Shown: positions 35,704 through 47,225 of the stretch, in pieces
Layout of the letters: each line of letters begins with the position of its first letter
Position numbering within the stretch: the first letter of the stretch is position 1
Origin: Moniliella sp. 'wahieum'
Lineage: Eukaryota
Direction: 5' to 3'
Assembly: GCA_003971905.1 (NCBI GenBank)
Contig: RSEE01000021.1
Coordinates: forward strand, 744,001 to 791,225
DNA length: 47,225 nucleotides
Notes under the pieces: model-generated
Databases searched by the model: none
Seen by the model: the letters and a program-made list of their open reading frames with translations, nothing else
Told to the model about the DNA's origin: nothing
Program-made: the position numbers and the translations under genes

Positions 35704-37224
35704 CTACACCAGCGCAATCAGCATGCGCGCCGCCATCGGGCCCAGCGCCGCCGCCGCATCCAACGCCTGCGCACCACCCCCTCCAGCTCCTCCTCGTCCG
35801 GGCCCTCCGCCCCAAACAGATCCCCCTCGGCTCGGCGCACCTGCACCACCAGCTGCAGAAGCGTGATGCGCATGCGCGACACCACACACTCTGCGCCAGC
35901 ACCGCCATGTCCTGCGCCATCTCGCGCGGGTCCCAAAAGCCCGCCGGGGAGGCATCGGGAGGAAGGGGCCTCTTGGCACGCTCTTTGCTGGGCCCGGACG
36001 CGCAACGGGAGTGCGCCAGCCATACACAATGTCCTTGTCCAGTGCCGCCAGCACGTCTGGCACAGCCACCCAGCTGCCATCCGCCTGGTCCAGCAGCTCG
36101 GACGGACGAAAGTCAGCCTTGTAGCGCATCTTGGTGCAGGTGTGGACATAGTACCCAAGCAGGTGCCACTGCATCCTCTCCACCCTTTGCCACGCGCCCG
36201 CAACTCCCGCACCAAGAGCGCCTCGCGCATCGCGGCGATCGTGCCCAAGTGCAGGTCGGCGTAGGCAGGGTCGTAGTAGAGATATACACTGGAGACACAC
36301 GTTGGCAGAATATCGAGTACGCCCACCGCGATCAGGTACCATCGACTAGAGGGGAGGGGGGCGAGGGTCAGTTTCACCAAGACAAGAGGAGTTGGGGGGC
36401 GCAAGCCGAGAGGTACGCACGGCGGTACTCTTGATGGTAGCTTCCAAAGCACAGCTCCTCGAATCGTCTTCCACCACCTCTCCCGTGGTCGGACTGGTGC
36501 GGAGGATGGGCTGTCGACAAGAAAGCGGGTGAAACCTTCCTTGGTCAGGTCTTCCTTCTTGTCTTTGTGCACCACCATCTGATACTTTTGATAGAGGGTA
36601 AACTTCTCCTCCGTAAAGGAGGCGGGAACGAGGCGGGTCTGGTCAAAGGTCAGCAAGGTCAGCTTGTGGCCCAATGCGCAAGATACGAGCGGCGCACCTT
36701 TAATCTCCTTTGCATCAAAGTAGGGGCGGTATCATACAGCCGCTCGGTTGACGTGGCCGGGAAGGAACCCAATTTTCCTTGGTCTCCATCTCATCCGGTG
36801 CCTCGATTGCGTGCCAACGCTTTTCCAGGTCAAAGTCCAGGGCATACTTGCCCTTTGTCTTGGCCGGCGGGGTGGACTGGCCGCGGACAAAGCGACAGAG
36901 CCGAGCAAACGCTCGCCGTTGTGCCCGCCCGGGCTTGTATTGGCTCGCATCGAGACGGATGGTGAGGAGGGGGCAGCAGGCACGGGTGTTGTCGGGTCTG
37001 TAGAGGTACTGTCCCGAGCGACGAAAGTTGGAGCCGCCCCAGCCGGGTTGGGGATCGCCGCCGGCCAGGACGCCGTAGTCGGCGGGGGTAAGCTGCACCG
37101 CCCACAGACCGAATTTGCGTCCCTCGCCCTCGCTCGGCTCACCTTCTTGCTGGGGCGTGCAGTAGCCACAGGACGACGCATCGTACCCGACTGGCACCAC
37201 CACGCTCGTCGACGGCAAGCTCAT
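35704..37224 (-). CDS. ATE1: Arginyl-tRNA--protein transferase 1
   Basis: GYDASSCGYC, FRRSGQYLYRPDNTRACCPLLTIRLDA, FTEEKFTLYQKYQMVVHKD, FTRFLVDSP, LIAVGVLDILPTCVSSVYLYYDPAYADLHLGTIAAMRE and LGYYVHTCTKMRYKADFRPSELLD. Several frameshifts. TATA-like TATATAAG at ~37297-37304 on the minus strand. Confidence 0.92.
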
Positions 37225-38109
37225 GGCGGCGGAGCAGCACAGCGCTGGGGCGGATGCACAGGGATAAAGTACGCGGCGGCGGCGGAGTTTGGCTGGGCTT
37301 ATATACCGTTCCGCCGGTGCGGGCTGCGACAAACTAGCCAGGTGCGCTGCGATGCTTTCTCTCCTCGGCCCCTCCTCTCTCGGCTGCGTGCGGTTGCTGC
37401 TGCCTTCTCCCGACACCCTCGCCTGTAGCGCGTTGCTGGGGCAATGGTGGCCTTCCACTCGCCTATGCGCGTGCCCCACGGCCCCCTGCCCCAACATTCG
37501 CGTGTCCGTACTACGAGGGATCAGGACGATCGATGATCGCCTGGGCGATGGTGCCCCTCGCTCTCGCCAGATCCGTGCAGCGTGTTGGGCAAGGCGGCAC
37601 TCTTGCTCCCACGCCTTCTGTCGCGCCCGCGTCGACCGGTGCCATCCACACTGTTTAGCGCACCGGCCAGGCCTCGGTTGTAACACCCACTCGTATTTTT
37701 CGATGCGAGCGGCCCGGCGAGAGAGAGGGATGGGCTGTCTCCCCACCCCGTTCGAGAGTCAGCCACGAAGGCCAAGGACGGAAGAGCACAATTCGACACC
37801 CGGCCTTGCTCGGAGATGCAGAAGAGGACCTGTGGTCGTCCATCATACAGATCGCCCGGGGTCACCTCGATCAATCGGTGCGCATCCCATTCCACCCACA
37901 TCGTGAATACCCTACAAGTGGCCAAATCCGACACTCGATCCTTCGCGCCGAGCCCATCGCAAGACGCCGAGCTGGAAGTCTGCACGCTTGGCGTAGCTTA
38001 ACGCTTGAAGCGAGCAGGAGGAATTCGAGGTTGGGAGGCCCGTGCACTTTCCGCGCCAGGGAACGTGTTCCTCTACGAGCCAGGCGAACGTCCTAGACGC
38101 GTTAGATGG

Positions 38110-40004
38110 GATGGATGGCACGGGGTTACTGGCGACTTTTGCGGCTGGGCTCTCTTTTCACGTGCACGCAGAACTACACAGCACCCCCAGAGGCCATCGC
38201 ATCTCTGTCCTCTGAGCCTGGCTGCACTGCCCCCCACGTTGCCCCCTGAGCGTGCGCACCTACTGGGGTCCAACGACGACAACGACGCGTCGGCTGAGGT
38301 TCCGCAGCCCGCCTTTACCCCACGACGAGCTTGCATAGGCGAGGGTGAGTGCGGCTTCTGGCCCCATCGCGTTGTGGTTCGAATGCAACTGACCTGCCTT
38401 AGGTTGTCCAACTGCCGAACTTGGCGTCGGCCTGGACGCGTCCGCGTTTGCGCCGCAGCGTTCGTGCGTATCGCTGCGTGGCGCGCACGAGAAGCCCAAC
38501 TGGCCTCCCAAGTTAGACGTGTTGGTGATTTGGGGTGCTCTGTGGATTGGCACTTTCCTCCCGCGCTGGACGGAACGGTTGTTGCGGCAATTCTGCGCAC
38601 AACCGCGGTCAGATCGGCGTTGATTGGACACTGTGGCCAAACCCGTCTTGTAGCTGGGCTACGTCGTACTTGCTCACCCAGGCTGGCTTCCAACCGCTGC
38701 ACGACAGCTGCTCGGGCTGTTTCGGCTGCAAGCCCGCTATGCTGGTTGCCTCGACCTGTCTTTCTGCTTGGCTCGCTCCTTTGTGGTCGGCCACGCACGT
38801 TTCCCCAATTGTCTCCGCTCGTGCCTTCGCCAGGATTGCCGGCGGGGTCTGATAACCATGGCAACCATTCGCACCTCTCACCTCGCACCTTGTTTTGCTT
38901 TAAGAACGGGGCATGTTCCAAGCCTCTGGACTAACCAGGTGTAGACTGTGGAAGCATCGGCCAGAGGTCCGCTCGGCGGGCGCGTGCACTAATAGTGGCA
39001 TTGAGTGGCACTGGCCTTTCGTCATCAACCTGATGCAAGCCCCACTGCAGGATCAACTTTACAGAGGTGTCTCTGCCAAGGTCGCGATGTCTTCTGGCTC
39101 TGGCTCCACGGTGGAGACGATGAAGATGATTGAATAATGATGCTGTAGGAAGTGCGATACTTGTCTCGTCTGTTTCCTTTGTACTTCGCACGTGTTCCTT
39201 AGGTCTTTCGTCGCACATCCTTGAGCTTTCCTTTTCTCTTCGCTGTTCAATGCGATGGCGCTGGCATGCGGGGTTGTCCATGTGGAGAAGTATGTGGACT
39301 GTGGACCGGGACCCGCTGATGCCACTCGGTCTTATGTTTCGGCTAACCCCCTGGGGACGCGCTTCTCGCAACCCGCGTTCATCGGAATGGATCTACTGCT
39401 TCATGATGCGTGGAACGATATTGGCTTTTGGGGGTATCTCGACCATCACGATCGAGGCACACTCATCGCCCCGGTCGACCCTACTGATATGTCGGTGGCA
39501 ACAAGGATGTCGGACTTACTTCTTGCGTGCAATGGGCTCGGTCCGTGGTGGATCTCGGTTTGGCAAGCTGTTTTGCAGGTCCGCATGCAGACTACGCTCT
39601 AGGATGCTAGCCTCACGCCCCAAGTCGTCTCGGCCATTCGAGACGAGGTGAATGGGATTGGCACGCTGCCAGATACTACGATGCATCAGCTCCGGCGAAT
39701 CGGGCGATGTGGCTTGTTATCTCTCCGTACAGTCGATGCATCGTCAGTACTTTCCTGTGGTATGGTGATACACTGTTGTAGGTTGGCCCGGATGCATCTG
39801 CTCTCCCCCGTTTTTTGTAATGAAGGGGGACACGCCATACGTGGGAGCGTACGCCATAGAAGCACAGCCCTTCCCACTCGACTCCCTGGGGACCTGAAAA
39901 GCCCAGTCGATCGCAACGGCGGTCAGCTCAAAATTATTCAACGCACAGATTGGGAGCAAAGCAAGAGATGGTCCGTGCACACGCACCCCTGCCCTTGCCG
40001 ATAA
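38110..40004 (+). CDS. Hypothetical protein, possibly DUF6625-like (putative glycosyltransferase fold), fragmented
   Basis: Fragments KLDVLVIWG...FLPRW...LLRQFCAQP / VDWTLW (38510-38636) and RFSQPAFIG...NDIGFWGYLDHHD (~39360-39450) recall, from memory, the DUF6625 motifs I-x-x-PYFG-x-LP-x-Y...NP-x-IDWLI and KPAYG...YDFWG-x-x-D-x-D. Boundaries are uncertain. Confidence 0.35.
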
Positions 40005-40501
40005 AAAATGCTTGGAACACGCCCGCTCGCTCCCACACAAACCGGTATCGGCCATGTGCTAGGCCTCAGCGCACCGCATCAAGCATCAAGCTTCAAGCTT
40101 CAAGCTTCCGGCGGCATGGCCACAACGGCTGTACCATTTTCTGGCCACGACGAATCCATGAATCCATCCGCTGGGTTCTCTCAGCTCTCTGGTCTCAGCA
40201 CAACCTACTGGTTATGCTTCCGATGGAGCAGACCGATCCCCGTGCGCAACACGGGCTGAATCGGCCGGAGCCCAGACCGATGGGGTGCTCGCTGTGGCCA
40301 GTGACCTAGTGGCGGATGGGTGACGCCGGTGACGCACACCGCAAAAATTACCTTAATCCCGATCCTGCCTGTCCACCTCCTTATCGACCTTATCGCGCTG
40401 CTGTGTTTCCTTCCTTCCACCACCCGCGGCGACAATGCCTCTTCCTAGCCCGGCCATCTCCCATGTCAAAGGGGACCCCCCTCTTCCTGCACGGCCCCCA
40501 G

Positions 40502-42628
<2,127 letters not shown>

Positions 42629-42823
42629 CGATGCGTGGCAGCGGTACTGCCCAGACGAGTGGGCGTGCATGGAGGCGGGGAGAGAGGGGAGGCTGTGCTA
42701 GGGGCAATGCGATCTTCCGATTCATAGTGATGCGTTAATACATACATGAGGTTGATTGGCGTGGTTGGCGTGTGCATAAGGCGGCGGATTTTACTACTAT
42801 ACTTTTTTCCCCACTGGCAGCTA

Positions 42824-43388
42824 CTACCTTCTGGTCTCGGTGGCAATGGGAGGAGTGATGCGCGCCGCCGCTGTGCTGAGGCGCGAGCAGGGCGTGGACG
42901 CGGGCACGGAGGCACGAGGCCAGTGCAGGGCGGAGGTGATGGCGAATTTTGATGGTCGCGCTGTTTGAATTTCGACGGGCCTCCATCGGTCGGCTCTGAG
43001 ATCGGAGAGGATATAGTTGACTACGTTCACGCCCTTGGGGGCTTGGACGATGCTGACGTTGGACATTACGCGCTGGACACTGGGCGCTGGGCGCAGAAGC
43101 TCAGCTGCCAACACCACAGCAACCAGCACTCCTCCGGCCGGCCCGAGGCGTAGATGGGATGCGCAGGCCACTGGGGCGTGCGGATGCATCCATCCGCTGT
43201 GCACCACCATCCCGGTGTGTGGCCATCGCTGGGGAGCAGGCCACCACGTGATGCGACAGCCCAAGACGCGTCGCTGCCACAACTAACCCCCCGAGACGCT
43301 GATGCTCATGGACTGCATCCAGCGTAGATCCCAAGACGTCTCTCAGCTCTGTCAGATATACCCGCCCCAGCCCCTGGCCTCGGCCCAC
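42824..43388 (-). other. Possible small gene of unknown function between glucoamylase and H3
   Basis: The minus frame VQRVMSNVSIVQAPKGVNVVNYILSDLRADRWRPVEIQ uses mostly C/G-ending codons like the real genes here. No family recognised. Confidence 0.3.
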
Positions 43389-43681
43389 TCGCCCCAGTTT
43401 CCTCCCCCTCTCTTCCCCTCCTTCCGGCGTCCAGCCTCTTGCCTTTCATCCATCACACCCCTTCTCCTTCTTCTTCCGCTTCCCTTCTGCACCTCTTCCT
43501 CCGCACGCAGGATTCCATGTACGTTGCCCTCCATCCACCTCTTCTTCCCTCGCCCCATCCCCCCCCCCTCCCATCGCCACCGCTCCGCATGCGCTGTCCG
43601 CCATGTCCTCGCCATCCCTGCGACGACGGCCAAACGCGTTGGGGCCGCCAGCGCAACCATACTTCCCTTGGCACCGGGTGA

Positions 43682-44278
<597 letters not shown>

Positions 44279-45384
44279 AGCACACTTCGTCCTCCTATGC
44301 CGTCTGCGCTCCCCCCGCCCCCCCTTCTCTTTCTGTATTCTCTCATGTCCGCTTCGTCCTCCTCTGATCGTCCACTTGTGTTCGTCGTCCGTCTTGATGA
44401 TCGGTGCTCCATCGGTGGCACGAGTATGATGGGATGTCTTCCTGTTCCCCTTTTCCTGTTGCTGTGCGCGAGAGATGCCCGCCACTCGCCAAGCTACCTT
44501 TCCCCTCCCCTGATCCCAGCCGTCTCCGCAGAGTCGGAACAAGGTAGATGTAATAGCTAGCGTGGCATGGCCAAGCAAGGTGGGAGGATACCGCGCTGTG
44601 GCCTTGCGGAAGGGATGGTGCAGATGCAAAGCAATGTAGGCAGATGGGGGAGACGCGGGTTTATCGATTATCGATTATCGCCGCGACGCACCAGCCGCGC
44701 GTTGGAACTTCGGTGCAACAATAGACATGACGTCCTAGTGGCCTCCTGCCTTCCAGCTTCATACTAAACTCCATTGAAACTTTGAGCCGTTGAGTCCTCG
44801 CCTCTACCATATCTCCCGCCAGGGCCCACAGGGCCTCGCTCTGTCCCTTGGCTTGATGTCCACCACCTACTTGCCTTTCCCTACGCTCACCACTTCCGCC
44901 TTCGCCTCTTGCCCACCTCGTTTCCGTGCCCCGGATCCAACCACTTCCCATCTCTAAGTCCACTCGCCAAGAACCACGCTTCAAGCTCCAACGCGCTTCT
45001 CCCTCGCCCCCCTTCGTTCCCCTTGAGGACTGACCGCTGGGGCCGTGTCAATCGCTCCAGTGCCTGTACCTGTGCCTGTGCATGTTCCTGTGCCTCTGCG
45101 TGTACCTGTGCCGGTCGTTGTGCCGGAGGATGGTAAGCGCTAAGCACTAACCACCTAGTACCAGGACCAGGATGGGGTTCTTCGTTTCGCCAGCAAAATG
45201 TTTGCTTGCCGTGCGTGTGCCAGGAAAGCCAGGGAGCGCTAAGCAGGAAGCTTCGAGCCCCGCTCAGGCTGAGCGACACACTTCGGTTTCCTTTCCCTCT
45301 TTTCCCGTGGTGTGCAATCTTCCGCTTGGGCCGAAGGATGCTGTTGCATGATCCGTTGAACGGGATGTTGCCCCCGTTCAGTAA

Positions 45385-45505
45385 GTGAAGCTGGAAGCTT
45401 GGACCTTGAAGAGCTTCAAGAGCTTCAAGAGCTTCAAGGGCTTGAAATGGCTTTGTATACCCCCTTGCCCCCTCTGCCGTCCTGGAGCTTGAAGAGCCTA
45501 TAAAA
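45385..45505 (+). promoter_or_regulatory. Promoter-like segment: (AAGAGCTTC)x3 repeat followed by TATAAAA, with no clear downstream CDS
   Basis: Repeat at ~45409-45436 and TATAAAA at 45499-45505. Confidence 0.25.
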
Positions 45506-47028
45506 CGTCCTGCACGCCCTGCACGTCCTGTCCTGTACGAGAGGATCGTGCTCTTCGAGGTGCCTATGGACCAGGCCCTAGTTTGACACGCCCACTGGTT
45601 TCCCTTGCTTGTCTGACCGGCTGACCTTGCCCTGTCGTTGTACCCGTTCGATATTCACCCCTCGTACGCTTACCTTTTTTTACCCACAAATCGATCCTTC
45701 GCTTAGCTGGCGTATGCCACTCTCCTCCCTGTAGTCGTCCAGATGCCCGGTGAACGTGAACGGTGGGTATGGGGATCCAGAGACCATGCAGGCCCCACCT
45801 GAAGTCCGGCTCATCCTCAGGCCCGAGGCCCTGAAACTTGCAGGTACAAGGAAGAGCGGGGAAGCAGGATGGTGAATGGCCTGTGGCAGCTGATGATCGA
45901 TGATCTATGGTCACCGGTCAGGCCGATCACCGGACATTTACGGCCAAGTGAAGGCCGCTTTCATCGTCTCTGGCCAAAGGGTAAAACTGGTGACATGGAC
46001 ATGACATCATGAACCATGCACATCATGCATCATGCATCATGCATCATGTGTTGGGATGTGGATGAAGCTTTTTCTGGCGTGGGGTTCCCCACTCTCTACT
46101 CCTTGTTGAGCATCGTTATGATGTACCAGCTGATAGCAGACAATGCCCCTGTAAAACGCTGCATCCATGTGCTTCAAGCTCCCAGCTCCCCAGCCCCAAG
46201 AAGAGCTTTACCAGCACGCTTGTCCGTCCGAGTTAGTGTGTGGATATCGGATACGACCAATCCCCCTTCAATGCCACCTGTCGATATATCGATCGGACCA
46301 GACTATCGCCTACTATATACCAGGGCAATCCGATAACCTGCAGGGGTGTCCCTTCGAGGCGTCTCGATCGCTAGGGACTGCGTTGACGCGTTGACGCGTG
46401 ACGCGTAACGTTGATTCGGACGTGTTTGCCATCGTGCTGTGGGGGTCTGTAGGACCAGGACAGTCAATATCATCACCTGTCTGTTCGAAACGCTTGTACT
46501 TAGTTGAGCGTCACGCGTCAAGCTTTCTCGGGCAGAATGGCTTCGGTAGGGACGTTCCAAATCATATCGTTGGTCTAGCTCTGGGCCAGGAACTAGGACC
46601 TAGTGCCTAACCTTGGCCGAGCTTGGCTTATAGCTGGCCTAGCTTGGCCTAGCTTCTTCAAGCTTCAAGGCCTGAGGCTTAGGCACTGAGGCACCTGAGG
46701 AACTGGTCACCCGTAACATGCGTAACACCATCATCGATTATCGATTACAGCTTCCAGGTTTATTTGCAACGGGGTTATACGATCTGCGACAGGAATGTCG
46801 CACGACACACGTTACATGCCCCATTTCAAAGTTCATTCATATTCATATCCCACGATGTCACATGTCAGTCGTGTTCAACGTGTTCAACTTGAACATTCAA
46901 GCTATTCAAGTCACTACTCGCTAGTCGCTGGCCGCGAATCTCGCCATGTCACTCGTCCGCGTCACTACCTTCACTAGTCGCTAGCCATGCGCCACGGGCG
47001 ACTCGCCCGTCTGTCACATGTGACTGAC

Positions 47029-47118
47029 GCTTGAAGCTTGAACGTTAAACGTTAACGTGTTAAACGTTAAACGTTAAACTGGTAACTAGTAACTAGTAAC
47101 TATCAACTAGGTAACTAG
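47029..47118. repeat. Compound 7-bp microsatellite of palindromic cores (AAGCTT, AACGTT, ACTAGT)
   Basis: gcttgaagcttgaacgttaaacgttaacgtgttaaacgttaaacgttaaactggtaactagtaactagtaac... Confidence 0.85.
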
Positions 47119-47225
47119 CAGCTAGCCATCGGCCATCCCCCCATCCCCAACCCCTCCGCCCGGGGCCATGGGTACACGGTCCCCGAGTCCCCATAGCTTC
47201 GCGCTTGGTCCTTTTGAAGCTTCAG

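Noticed and set aside
38005..38934. Overlapping 309-aa (+) and 282-aa (-) ORFs as two genes
   Set aside because: Long open frames are expected in GC-rich DNA. The protein-like motifs lie in other, shorter frames.

Overview
Eukaryotic, GC-rich, intron-containing fungal DNA. It is most likely a basidiomycete, judging from the H3 C-terminus [15 protein letters not shown] and short GT...CTRAC...YAG introns. Single-base indels break most genes, so the ORF track shows them only as fragments. Genes recognisable by eye, left to right: a partial eIF4E-family gene (runs off the left edge), a low-complexity C2H2 zinc-finger protein, an OPT oligopeptide transporter, an ABCA-type transporter, and an MDR/zinc-type alcohol dehydrogenase-like gene. 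Next comes a ~10 kb block with no intact conserved gene. It holds a degenerate ~80-bp block/spacer repeat array, an internally deleted Hsp70 remnant, an 18/21-bp frame-preserving repeat and decayed lower-GC coding-like DNA. After it lie a C2H2+Zn2Cys6 transcription factor, a diverged tandem duplication, a divergent Cyp40-type cyclophilin-TPR gene, a Gbp2/Hrb1-like RRM gene, ATE1, a possible DUF6625-like gene, a GH15 glucoamylase and an intact histone H3 with unusual A75S/F78W substitutions. Simple repeats are abundant: 6/12-mers in coding DNA and 7-mers, often built on palindromes, in non-coding DNA. No tRNA, rRNA, CRISPR array or transposase was recognised. All homology calls come from remembered motifs, not database searches, and gene boundaries are approximate.
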